From Candidatus Thorarchaeota archaeon (GTDB lineage Archaea > Asgardarchaeota > Thorarchaeia > Thorarchaeales > Thorarchaeaceae): DNA of 64,000 bases. The stretch spans positions 173,629 to 237,628 of the forward strand of contig JAWOEX010000035.1 in the NCBI GenBank assembly GCA_046482545.1, read 5' to 3'. Made by a program: the position numbers and the translations under genes. Positions 1-9,448 of the stretch are shown here, piece by piece (position 1 is the first letter of the stretch; each line of letters starts with the position of its first letter). The notes under the pieces are model-generated. The model searched no databases. It had not been told where the DNA came from and saw nothing but the letters and a program-made list of their open reading frames with translations.

Positions 1-1025
1 GTTTCCAAGGTCCTTGTGTCATGACCTTCTCCCATGATAATCGTAAAGTCTCCCTTTCCACCATGGTCGTAGTACAACATTTGGACAAGCATACGCACAT
101 TCAGTTCGCATCCTTCTGGGCACAACTTTCTCGTGCCTTTGAGAACCCTAACAACATCAGGAAACATGTCCAAAGTCTGGTACGGATATCTTTTCGTGAA
201 ACGTGAAAGATCACCATCTACCTCATTAAGAACCGAGCTCACATTCTGCGTTTTTGCGGCGAGCGAGAGATGTTCTACTTCTTCAATGTCATAACCCAGA
301 ACCTTTGCTCCCACTACATCAACAGCCAAAGCGTTGGTCCCTCCTATGAGTATATCTAGCCGCTCAATACATCTATCTAGGAATTGTTGGAGTGGATAGT
401 GACCATGAAATACAGCATGGGTTCCATCGATGATTGTGTAATCGGGTTTGACTATGCTATAGATGTCTGCCAGTACTTGGTGCAGTCTATCGTCGTGATT
501 ATGGGACCTATCAATGTGATTCATGAACGCCATTTGATTTTTGACACCGAGGGTCACTGTTGTCATTGGATGTGTCTTCAGCTTGGGCAAGGACACGTAC
601 AGTGAATCCCTTTCTTCAGATGTGAATTTCGTTGCAATCAGTTCCGGTATTTTTACCTCTTCTCCTAACGTCGGGAGAACAACCATTGTATGTGGTTCTT
701 CATCTAGATGAACAGCCTTTGCACCAGTGTCTTCTATCACTTCTTTGTAGCCTGTGAATTGGAAAACAAGTCTTGTCATATTTCCCTGCGTAGAATTCTC
801 CATTACGTATACTTGACCAGCTCCTTTGTTGTAGAAGAAATCGATTACTGCTCGGAGTAGTTCAGGGTTCGTATATGAATATGGTTTAAAATCAACACCA
901 TTTGGTTTGATATAGACGCGCTCTCTTCCGTCTAGTACCGCGGGATTCTCTCCTATTTTCTGGAATATACACCTGACTGCTTGATGAAAATCGTCTTCTA
1001 CATCCTGTATCACTGTGTTGCTCAA
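1..1025 (-). CDS. DUF362 family Fe-S protein (runs off window edge)
   Basis: Hand translation from TTG at 1025: MSNTVIQD...RVYIKPNGVDF...NLPKLKTH. The KPN and LPKLKTH motifs are typical of DUF362. Not in the ORF track. Confidence 0.7.
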   Translation of the reverse strand, partial: MSNTVIQDVEDDFHQAVRCIFQKIGENPAVLDGRERVYIKPNGVDFKPYSYTNPELLRAVIDFFYNKGAGQVYVMENSTQGNMTRLVFQFTGYKEVIEDTGAKAVHLDEEPHTMVVLPTLGEEVKIPELIATKFTSEERDSLYVSLPKLKTHPMTTVTLGVKNQMAFMNHIDRSHNHDDRLHQVLADIYSIVKPDYTIIDGTHAVFHGHYPLQQFLDRCIERLDILIGGTNALAVDVVGAKVLGYDIEEVEHLSLAAKTQNVSSVLNEVDGDLSRFTKRYPYQTLDMFPDVVRVLKGTRKLCPEGCELNVRMLVQMLYYDHGGKGDFTIIMGEGHDTRTLE

Positions 1026-1064
1026 TTGAATCACTCTAGTATTGTTCGTTACGTCAGAAAAAGT

Positions 1065-1174
1065 TGGTGGGCCGGGTGAGATTTGAACTCACGATCCCCT
1101 GGACCCGAACCAGGAACCATAGCCAATCTAGCCCCGCCACAACAAGTGTGCTGGAGTAGCTAGACCACCGACCC
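1065..1174 (-). tRNA. tRNA-Pro(CGG) with 32-nt D-loop intron (~1126-1157)
   Basis: Acceptor GGGTCGG/CCGGCCC-A-CCA, anticodon arm CCTGG-TTCGGGT-CCAGG, T arm GTGAG-TTCAAAT-CTCAC. The D-loop insert forms a BHB-like motif. Confidence 0.9.
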
Positions 1175-1204
1175 AATAGTTCACGAGACCCACGTTTTTA
1201 GTAA

Positions 1205-2038
1205 TCATTTAACCATTTCGACCAAGCGCTCCCGCAAGAAGCGGACAGTGCCCAAATAGGTACCCTGTGCGCTGTAAACTTCTGACTTCGGCAAATTGGC
1301 ACACCCATTATCGAAGAACGGCCCTCTGAACGTGGATTCTGGGCTATCAACTGGAATGCCTGATATGAGCTTATTGAAACTTGGCAACGTAACAAGAAAG
1401 CCTTTTGTCCTACTTTCGTCCATAGATAAATCCCCCTTCTTTTCCACACAGTTTCTGTCCAATTGAGAACGGAGGATAACGGGTATTGATCTCCCTCGCC
1501 TCCTGATAGTCCTATACAGGGTTCGCGAAGAAACAGCTCTAAAGTTACTCAGTGTTGGATGGTTATGCCCCACAAGTATCCAATCTGCACTCAGTACTTC
1601 GGGTGATGGCCATGCATGCCCGTGAATCAGTCCCACCGAGAACCCCCCCTCTTCTATCTTTTCTCCTCTGATTCCACATAGCGAAACATCTCTAGGTAAC
1701 AGAGATTCTAAATCTCCGTCATGATTCCCCGGCACAATAGTGACCTTGGTTCTCTCAGCTAACGACTCCATAAACTGGGGAATTCTTTGCCAATTAAACG
1801 AAACGTCAGGTCCCAAAGAATGCTTGATATCTCCAAGAAAATACAGGTTCCCTATGTCATGTTGATTGATTAGAGCATGTATCTCACTCAACATTACTTC
1901 ATCTTGCGATGGAAATTGCGCTCCAGTTGACTGGGCTAGATTAATGTGCCATCCAAGGTGAAGATCCGCGATAACAAGAATTCTTTCATTTCCTTCTAGA
2001 ATCACGGCTTTCCCGTCAATTATACGTTTCATCATCAC
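1205..2038 (-). CDS. Metallophosphoesterase, ICC-like (Lhr-associated MPE type)
   Basis: ADLHLG, LGDIKH, PGNHDG, IHGH and GHNHP motifs. Confidence 0.85.
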   Translation of the reverse strand: MMMKRIIDGKAVILEGNERILVIADLHLGWHINLAQSTGAQFPSQDEVMLSEIHALINQHDIGNLYFLGDIKHSLGPDVSFNWQRIPQFMESLAERTKVTIVPGNHDGDLESLLPRDVSLCGIRGEKIEEGGFSVGLIHGHAWPSPEVLSADWILVGHNHPTLSNFRAVSSRTLYRTIRRRGRSIPVILRSQLDRNCVEKKGDLSMDESRTKGFLVTLPSFNKLISGIPVDSPESTFRGPFFDNGCANLPKSEVYSAQGTYLGTVRFLRERLVEMVK

Positions 2039-2084
2039 TTGATGGTTCCTATAACAATTTTAACCTCATCATATGTAGAACTAG

Positions 2085-2480
2085 ATGAGACACATGCCAC
2101 TCAGTACCTATGAAACAAAACGCCTTTCTCAGAAAGTGCTGGAACAACATGATATTGAGTACTTTAAACGGAAATATGGGAAGCGATTCATCAGAGCTCT
2201 GAGAGCCGTTGAAGAAGAACGCGTTCATAAATACATATTCAACGAGGGGGAAGCAGTTCGATGGATTGTTGAAGGCAGCAAAAGAGATTACCTCATATTT
2301 CCTAGGACGTTTTGTACCTGCACAGACTTCTATCAAGCAGTTGTACTAGATGGTACTGTTGACATGTGCTACCATCTATTGGCACAGAGAATTTCAGAGC
2401 TGCGTGGTGAATACTTGACTATAACCGGTAATGAATCTCAACGAAGGCGCTTCAGCAAAATATGGAGAAGATCTGGTTGA
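2085..2480 (+). CDS. SWIM zinc-finger protein
   Basis: FCTCTDF...CYHLLA (CxC...CxH). Confidence 0.75.
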   Translation: MRHMPLSTYETKRLSQKVLEQHDIEYFKRKYGKRFIRALRAVEEERVHKYIFNEGEAVRWIVEGSKRDYLIFPRTFCTCTDFYQAVVLDGTVDMCYHLLAQRISELRGEYLTITGNESQRRRFSKIWRRSG

Positions 2481-2601
2481 GTTTAGGCATTGTACGTATT
2501 ATCGATAAGTAAGCATTTCAAAATACATGCCCTGTTGAGAAAGCCTTAAAACTTTCACTGGATTGTGCACGCTGTCTGAGTAAGACGGCAGGTATTAGCA
2601 T

Positions 2602-3711
2602 ATGTCATATTTTAGAACTGATTCGCGGATAATCCTAGCATTGGTAGCTGTGCTACTTCTATCGACAGCACTCCATATTCCGGTAGAAGCTCAGACGGAA
2701 AACCTTGATCCTGTTGTCGTTATGTATGATGAGAGTCATTCGCAGCAGTTCTCTGCTGATGACGAGGAGGATGGAATCAAGCTAATGCTCGATATGGTAA
2801 ACGACTCGAGCAGGTATCTTGTGAAGACCAACAGTGAAAACCCCCTCAATTTGACCACGCTTAGTGATGTAGATATCTTAATACTTGCCGATCCTGATGC
2901 TTCTGCTCCTTTTGAGAAGGAGGAGATTGCTGGAATATCTGATATGCTCTCTAATGGCAGCTCTCTTCTTACTCTAGGAGATCCCAAAATTGACCAAAAT
3001 TCTACCTACTGGAAGGAAACTGCCTTCAGAGATATAGGTGAGAATGATGCATTGAACAGACTCTTTTCTTCTATCAATATGACCGGGGTGAGATTCAGTG
3101 TTAACGAAACCACATCCGGTGTGATACGGGCAGATTCTCTTTTTGATTATGAGCATGCATTGAATGAAACATCTCCCCAACTAATAGAGCTGGATGCTAC
3201 AACTTGGAATTCAGACCATCCTATTTTCAATGATATAAACCGCTTGGTTACAATGACTGCGACACTCAAACCAATTGATGCGCCAAGTGCTATAGCTACT
3301 GGTTATGAAACGTCATTTGCACAGTATCGCAGGGGTCCGAACACATTTGGTAACACCTCATTTCCAAATATGACTCTCTCCGAATTTGAGGAGAAGCCGT
3401 TCTCCTATTCCGCAATAAACGGAACATTCCCGCCATGGTTATCCGCCTTTGAATTCAATAGCAGTAGAGTTGTAATCGGTGGATCGACGATAATGTTCTC
3501 TGGACGAGTACTTGATTTGCATGAGAGTGACGACAGGTCAAGCGAACAATGGTTTTACCAAGCAGATAATTCTCGACTCTTCATGAACATGCTAAACTGG
3601 CTATCGGAGGATTTTGTTACTGCTCCTGAAGCAATATACCCTCTCCTAGTAATCTCTTCAGTCATATTGCTGGTTGGGGTGGCGTTCTACGTTTTCAAGA
3701 AGCTTCGGTAA
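2602..3711 (+). CDS. Type I membrane glycoprotein with GIFT (GldG/IFT52/WBP1-like) domain
   Basis: Signal peptide; YDESH; SRVVIGGSTIMFS...DNSRLFMNMLNWL; C-terminal TM followed by KKLR; 11 N-x-S/T sequons. Confidence 0.55.
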   Translation: MSYFRTDSRIILALVAVLLLSTALHIPVEAQTENLDPVVVMYDESHSQQFSADDEEDGIKLMLDMVNDSSRYLVKTNSENPLNLTTLSDVDILILADPDASAPFEKEEIAGISDMLSNGSSLLTLGDPKIDQNSTYWKETAFRDIGENDALNRLFSSINMTGVRFSVNETTSGVIRADSLFDYEHALNETSPQLIELDATTWNSDHPIFNDINRLVTMTATLKPIDAPSAIATGYETSFAQYRRGPNTFGNTSFPNMTLSEFEEKPFSYSAINGTFPPWLSAFEFNSSRVVIGGSTIMFSGRVLDLHESDDRSSEQWFYQADNSRLFMNMLNWLSEDFVTAPEAIYPLLVISSVILLVGVAFYVFKKLR

Positions 3712-3717
3712 GGTAGT

Positions 3718-4311
3718 CTACGGCCAATCTGGACTCCTCACTCCTGATTGAACAAGTGTCTGCTCCACAGTGTGTTTCAACCGTCCAATGTTCTTGTCTT
3801 CTTTAGCAGAAATCGGTACGATAATCGGCTCTTGGTTGGGCATATACTCAAGCAACCTCCTCCTAAGATAGTCTAGCTCGACCCATCTTTCCGTCTTCTT
3901 GAGCTTGTCCATTTTGTTTGCGGTAACAATTACGTTTGATGCTATTTCTGAGAGAAAAGTGTAGAATTCAACATCAATGGGGATTTCACCACGGGAACTC
4001 CACCGCTCATACAATTCCCTGAAGAGCGATATATCAACAATTAGAATAGCAAGAATAATATCATCGCTCCATCTCTCCAGTTTTCTGATGATTGAGGTTT
4101 TCGTCTGATCTATACGCTTCTTACTCATTCCAGACATAAAACCGAATCCAGGGATGTCGACCATCAGAACTGAACCCATGTCTATCTTGATTTCTTTCTT
4201 AGTACTCCCGGGCTTCTTTCCAACTGTTACTTTCTTGCCTGTCAAATGCCTTATGACACTGCTTTTGCCGACATTACTTCTTCCTGCGAATACAACAAGC
4301 GGTTTCGTCAT
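3718..4311 (-). CDS. engB: GTP-binding protein EngB/YihA family
   Basis: GRSNVGKSS, DIPGFG, NKMD, ISAK. Confidence 0.85.
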   Translation of the reverse strand: MTKPLVVFAGRSNVGKSSVIRHLTGKKVTVGKKPGSTKKEIKIDMGSVLMVDIPGFGFMSGMSKKRIDQTKTSIIRKLERWSDDIILAILIVDISLFRELYERWSSRGEIPIDVEFYTFLSEIASNVIVTANKMDKLKKTERWVELDYLRRRLLEYMPNQEPIIVPISAKEDKNIGRLKHTVEQTLVQSGVRSPDWP

Positions 4312-4319
4312 AATCATCC

Positions 4320-7178
4320 CTACCAAAACTGGCGTGTTCTTGCGTACTGCCTTTCAGCCTTTGCGATTTCTCGCAGTAATGATATTCTATCCATTGTACT
4401 AGGCCTCAAAATTCTTGCCGCAGTAGTTGGGCCAATCCCTCGTCCCGCTAGAGTAAGCAGAGCTTTTCTTCCATAATTGGCAACCAGAGTTGCAGCCAGA
4501 TTTGCCTTCTCTAGGATTCTTTCGTCTTCACTTGTTAACTCTTGCCCACGGTGAGCTTTCTCCAAAGCCTTCTCCAATCGACTAGAAGATGATCTTCCAA
4601 TTGCAATCATCTTCGACTCACAGGTCGGGCATCTGATTGTTGATTCGAGTGTTGAGATTGTTCTTATTGTATGCCATGTGCAATTAGTACAAACTAGCTT
4701 CACTTTCTTGGATTCCAGACGGTGCTGCATCACATTCAAGATTTCTCGCTCTTCTGTAACCTCTCCAATGACTTCAAACCGCGTACGCGTTTCAACAATG
4801 AGATTGGCAAGACTAGATGGCTTCTCTCTCTCAAGGCACATAACCTCTATGAATCCATCCTGAACCTGTTCGAATATCCTTACTGTCCTTTTCTCATCCA
4901 GCTTGTCCTGCAAGACTTCTGCAACCGCGGCGGCAAAGACTGGTGTACTTTCCATGCTCTCCATAAGGCGATTTACAGGCAGGGAAGTAATCTGCACATC
5001 GCGGCGAATAACCCCCATTCTTCTCGCAACATGGATGAATCTTGATTCAAGCGTTCGAGTCTTCTTGAGTGCCATCTCTAGAATAGCAGACACTTGCTCA
5101 GGCGTGTACTCTTTAAATACATCTGTAACTAACTCTCCATCGATTTTTTCATCTGCTGTCAGTAACACTCGATATGGATCACTTTCGGCTGCTATATCTC
5201 CGCCAACTCTTGTACCAAGTAATGCGGAAAGAAGTATCGCAAGCGCATCATTTGTTTTGGTCCCGAATGGAGCGTGAAGGACAAGCCCTCCTGGAAAGCT
5301 CTCGACGATGAGCCGTTTTGTTTCAGGGAGTTGACCCAGCTCATTCTTCGCCTGTTCTATTTCCTTGATTACATACTCTACTGCCCTATCTTCAAGCCCA
5401 TAGGACGATTTAAGCCAGTTACGAGCATCCCTCTCCTCTCTACTTACTATATCATTCATGACGCTTGATACTTCAGATGCTACCTCATATGGTACCGGAA
5501 TATTCTCACCAATCCAATGTGGGGCCTCAAATTGGCGGCCTCCAGCTGGTGCACAGATGATTTCTTCGTCTTCGACACTTATTATCTCCCAAGGCTTACC
5601 ACGAATGACAAAAACATGACCCGGCTCAAGGCTGCTAACGTAGTTTTCATCCAATACTCCCACTGGTGCTCTTGTTGCTGCATCAACGACCACAGACTGC
5701 TGAACATCAGGTATTGTTGAGAGGTGGGTATAATAGAACGTGAGCACTTTCCACCCACGAGATACTGAAGTATCATTCAAGCTGATGTAGCCCTTATTCT
5801 CCATGAAACGGAGCAGCTCTAGAAGTTGCTTCCTTTCCACGCTTTTGAATGCATAGGAACGCCTGACGAATTTCAATAAATCTTGGACTGAAACCTCTTC
5901 TCTATCGAGCAATATTCCACATATCTGATGACACAATACATCCCACGCATGGCTTGGAGTCTTTGCTTCTTCAACTCTGTTGAGTTTGGCCCGCCGAAAG
6001 ATAACACCAGCTTCCAAAACGTCATCGATATTCACTGTAGCAATGATTATGCCTTTCGCAATCCCTTCAAGAGTGTGCCCGGATCTTCCTATTCTCTGTA
6101 AGCCTCTGGACACCTGCCGGGGACTAGAATACTGCACTACTAAATCTGCTTCTCCTATATCAATGCCTAATTCCAAACTGGAAGTTGCAATGATACCCTT
6201 GGAAGCACCCTCTTTCAGCCTCTGTTCTGCTTCTATTCTGGCCTCTTTAGATAGAGACCCATGATGTACATCAAATTCAAAGTTCGGTTCAAGGACTCTC
6301 ATCTTCGAGCCAAGAACTTCTGTGAACGATCTTGTATTAGTAAAAACGAGCGTCGACTTGTGGTTATCAATTAGGTCAATTATTCGCCGAAGGCGTGCCA
6401 TCGAGTGTGGTGGGTAGTATATCTTTCTTCCAAGCTCATGATCCTTAGACGTTGGAGTGGGCATTTCAACATTCAAATTCATTCTTCTGGCCCTATATCC
6501 CGCCCAAACTATTGTTGCCTTACTGACCTCTGTCTCAAGCAGACCAGCAACTTCTTTGGGATTTCCCACTGTGGCGGATAAACCGATTCGCTGTACATTA
6601 GAATTGGTAATCGAATCTAGTCTCCCAAGCCCCAAGCTCAGCTGAACCCCCCGCTTTGTACCTGCAAGTTCATGAACTTCATCAATAACAACGGCAAAAA
6701 CCGTTTGCAGGTGATATCTAAGACGTCTCCCGGGTAGGATTGCCTGCAGTGTTTCAGGTGTAGTTATTAACAGATTGGGTGGCTTGATTGCTTGTTTTCT
6801 TCTTTGGTATTGGGTAGTATCACCGTGTCGTACATCGACAGTAATTCCAAGCTTCTCGCATAATTCTTCGATTCGGCGAAACACATCTCTATTTAACGCT
6901 CGAAGGGGCGTAATGTAGAGAACATAGAAACCAAACAATTCTTTGTCTAGACTTCTTTCATACAGTATATTCAACAACGGCAAGAGCGCAGCCTCAGTCT
7001 TACCACTACCTGTTGGTGACAACAAGAGAGCATTCTTCCCGCTCAATATCGTTGGTATGGCATCTTCCTGAATTGGTGTAGGTTCCTCTATGCCCTGTTC
7101 CTGCAACAGTTGAGTGAGCTCTCCCGATAGAGAGTCGAAGGCATTCATGGAGAAGGCTTCCGTGTTTTCAAACCTCAC
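4320..7178 (-). CDS. lhr: Lhr-like SF2 helicase
   Basis: PTGSGKT, TPLRALNRD, DEVH, SAT, HHGSLS, LELGIDIG, QRIGRSGH; C-terminal Zn ribbon and HhH. Confidence 0.9.
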   Translation of the reverse strand: MRFENTEAFSMNAFDSLSGELTQLLQEQGIEEPTPIQEDAIPTILSGKNALLLSPTGSGKTEAALLPLLNILYERSLDKELFGFYVLYITPLRALNRDVFRRIEELCEKLGITVDVRHGDTTQYQRRKQAIKPPNLLITTPETLQAILPGRRLRYHLQTVFAVVIDEVHELAGTKRGVQLSLGLGRLDSITNSNVQRIGLSATVGNPKEVAGLLETEVSKATIVWAGYRARRMNLNVEMPTPTSKDHELGRKIYYPPHSMARLRRIIDLIDNHKSTLVFTNTRSFTEVLGSKMRVLEPNFEFDVHHGSLSKEARIEAEQRLKEGASKGIIATSSLELGIDIGEADLVVQYSSPRQVSRGLQRIGRSGHTLEGIAKGIIIATVNIDDVLEAGVIFRRAKLNRVEEAKTPSHAWDVLCHQICGILLDREEVSVQDLLKFVRRSYAFKSVERKQLLELLRFMENKGYISLNDTSVSRGWKVLTFYYTHLSTIPDVQQSVVVDAATRAPVGVLDENYVSSLEPGHVFVIRGKPWEIISVEDEEIICAPAGGRQFEAPHWIGENIPVPYEVASEVSSVMNDIVSREERDARNWLKSSYGLEDRAVEYVIKEIEQAKNELGQLPETKRLIVESFPGGLVLHAPFGTKTNDALAILLSALLGTRVGGDIAAESDPYRVLLTADEKIDGELVTDVFKEYTPEQVSAILEMALKKTRTLESRFIHVARRMGVIRRDVQITSLPVNRLMESMESTPVFAAAVAEVLQDKLDEKRTVRIFEQVQDGFIEVMCLEREKPSSLANLIVETRTRFEVIGEVTEEREILNVMQHRLESKKVKLVCTNCTWHTIRTISTLESTIRCPTCESKMIAIGRSSSSRLEKALEKAHRGQELTSEDERILEKANLAATLVANYGRKALLTLAGRGIGPTTAARILRPSTMDRISLLREIAKAERQYARTRQFW

Positions 7179-7366
7179 AGTTTATTTATTAGAATGCGTA
7201 TATCAGTTGAAAACGTTAGGTCTGCCATTTCCTTGTTAGCAATAAGAAACCCAATGGCTTCAGATACTGAATCTGCCTCTTGAATTGTCTTCTCTACCAG
7301 ATGTCTCATCTCGCTCAGATGTGAGATATACGATGCAGCCAACTCAAAATATTCTTTATCCGACAA
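7175..7366 (-). CDS. Small hypothetical protein
   Basis: 63-aa ORF whose stop overlaps the lhr GTG start (GTGA). Confidence 0.5.
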   Translation of the reverse strand: MSDKEYFELAASYISHLSEMRHLVEKTIQEADSVSEAIGFLIANKEMADLTFSTDIRILINKL

Positions 7367-7385
7367 AATCAGTCTCTCTCTGAGC

Positions 7386-7487
7386 CTACTCTTCCTGCTC
7401 CTCTCCGTAGACAGAATAGGCTAGAATGATCAGCAATGCAGCTATGGCCATTGCATTTAGCACGATTCCTATCAATTCAGTTTGCAT
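7386..7487 (-). CDS. 33-aa single-TM microprotein, OST4-like
   Basis: Hand translation MQTELIGIVLNAMAIAALLIILAYSVYGEEQEE; GAGGT upstream; N...Y spacing matches OST4. Confidence 0.55.
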   Translation of the reverse strand: MQTELIGIVLNAMAIAALLIILAYSVYGEEQEE

Positions 7488-7573
7488 AATACTCAAGTTA
7501 CCTCGCTAAAATTCTACTTATAATCGTTCCTCAAGTCCATCCATAAAAAAGAAATGGCCATTACTATGTTCAT

Positions 7574-7795
7574 TTATTCATAGTACTGGTCGATGAACTC
7601 TCCATAGATATCTACTGCTTCAGTCAGTGGGTTCACTTCATCAATTATCATCTTTAAACCGCAGGAGCCACACTTGACACTTGCTATCTCCTCCTCCCTA
7701 AACACATCAATCTTGATGGCGGTCTTTCCGCATGAAGGACAGGGATAGACGGAGGGAAGTCTTCTGCGTGACCGACTACTGGATCTTCTACCCAT
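7574..7795 (-). CDS. elf1: Transcription elongation factor Elf1
   Basis: MGRR basic N-terminus, CPSC...CGSC, EAVDIYGEFID. Confidence 0.9.
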   Translation of the reverse strand: MGRRSSSRSRRRLPSVYPCPSCGKTAIKIDVFREEEIASVKCGSCGLKMIIDEVNPLTEAVDIYGEFIDQYYE

Positions 7796-7958
7796 TGCTA
7801 TTCACCTCTAATTCCCCTAGAACATGATAAGATAGGCTCTGAGAGAAGTCGAGCATATTGACCCTCAAAAGCGAGAATTTAAGGATTTTGTTAAAGGGTT
7901 TTACTCTGAGAGTTCTCCCTGATGAAAGCTTTAATATCGAAGTCTCAGCCGCATATCT

Positions 7959-8195
7959 TTGATGACTGATTTATCTCCGAACGAAAAATGTGTGCTGCAG
8001 ATTCTTGAGCATGAGGGTCCACTAACTACTGCAGATCTCATCAAGGCATCTCGTTCCAGTGAGTACTCTCATTTATGTACTGGTTGTGCAGGCGGAGACG
8101 CAATCCTCTCAGCAGCCCAGAGTCTTCTTCATAGTGGTTCTATCTCACGAGAACTTGGGAAGGACGGCTATTGCTGGCATTTGAAGGTTGAATGA
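7959..8195 (+). CDS. Small winged-HTH protein with CxxC
   Basis: LSPNEKCVLQILEHEGPLTTADL wHTH start; CTGC; ATGA overlap with sufS. Confidence 0.55.
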   Translation: MMTDLSPNEKCVLQILEHEGPLTTADLIKASRSSEYSHLCTGCAGGDAILSAAQSLLHSGSISRELGKDGYCWHLKVE

Positions 8196-9448
8196 TTTCA
8201 ATGGGTGACATCGAATGGTCTAAAATTAGAAATGACTTTCCGGTTCTAAATCGAAAGATTAACAGCCAAGGAATTGTTTACTTGGACAGCGCCTGTATGG
8301 CTTTGAAGCCTGCGGTCGTCATAAATGCTATGAACGAATACTATGAGAAATTTTCTGCGTGTGGAGGACGTAGTGTTCATACACTTGCTGAGGAAGTCTC
8401 CAATGCTTTCTCAGAATCTAGGGCAGACTTCGCTCATTTCATAGGTGCATCACACTCCGAGGAATGCATCTGGACCAGAAACGCTACAGAATCCATCAAT
8501 ATGGTGGCTAGGTCCCTTCACATTCCACATGGTTCTAAGATTGTAACCAGTAGCCTAGAGCATCATAGTGGCTCGCTCCCATTCGTGGAACGAGCAAAGC
8601 GGGATAATCTCGAAGTGGAAGTTGTCACACCCAATAATAATGGCATCTTTGATATTGAAGACTGGAAGAACGCTATCGACTCAACCACTCGGATAGTATC
8701 CATTGTTCATTCGTCAAATGTAACGGGGACCATTGCACCGGTGGAGGAGATTGTGGAAATTGCTCATGATTGTGGAGCACTTGTACTTTCTGACGATGCT
8801 CAGTATGCTCCTCATCATCCACTTGATGTCAGGAAAAGCGATGTTGATTTCTCAGCTATTTCTGTTCACAAAATGTGCGGCCCGACGGGGATGGGTGTGC
8901 TATACGGAAAATATGAACACCTAGAAGAGATGGACATGTTTCTTCATGGTGGCGATACAGTACAAGATGTGCGCTTTGAGCATGGTGAAATTAAACCCGA
9001 ATATCTTCCCCCTCCAGAAAAATTCGAGGCTGGTTTACAGAATTACGCTGGAGTTATAGGCGCAGGGGCGGCAGCAAACTATCTTTGTTCCATAGGGATG
9101 GAACAAATCGAAAGACACGAGAAAGGTCTTCTTGATACCCTTCTATCAGAGCTTAGTTCAATGGAGCATGTGAGGATTGTAGGTCCACAATTCACCGAGA
9201 AAAGAACTGGACTCGTTACCTTTAGTATAGATACCGTTGCTTCAGCTCATGATGTAGCAACTTATCTTAGCTCAGAAAGAAATGTATTCATCCGTTCTGG
9301 AACTCATTGTGCCAATCCTTTTCATTATCAAATTGGCATTCCACCCGAGAAAGGCACTAACAGGGCCAGTGTCTACCTTTACAATAACAAGGACGATGTC
9401 AATTCACTATTGAATGCTATTAGTGATTTTGTTGAAGTGACCTCCTAG
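8192..9448 (+). CDS. sufS: Cysteine desulfurase SufS (class V PLP)
   Basis: YLDSA, HKMCGPTG, RSGTHCA. Confidence 0.88.
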   Translation: MISMGDIEWSKIRNDFPVLNRKINSQGIVYLDSACMALKPAVVINAMNEYYEKFSACGGRSVHTLAEEVSNAFSESRADFAHFIGASHSEECIWTRNATESINMVARSLHIPHGSKIVTSSLEHHSGSLPFVERAKRDNLEVEVVTPNNNGIFDIEDWKNAIDSTTRIVSIVHSSNVTGTIAPVEEIVEIAHDCGALVLSDDAQYAPHHPLDVRKSDVDFSAISVHKMCGPTGMGVLYGKYEHLEEMDMFLHGGDTVQDVRFEHGEIKPEYLPPPEKFEAGLQNYAGVIGAGAAANYLCSIGMEQIERHEKGLLDTLLSELSSMEHVRIVGPQFTEKRTGLVTFSIDTVASAHDVATYLSSERNVFIRSGTHCANPFHYQIGIPPEKGTNRASVYLYNNKDDVNSLLNAISDFVEVTS

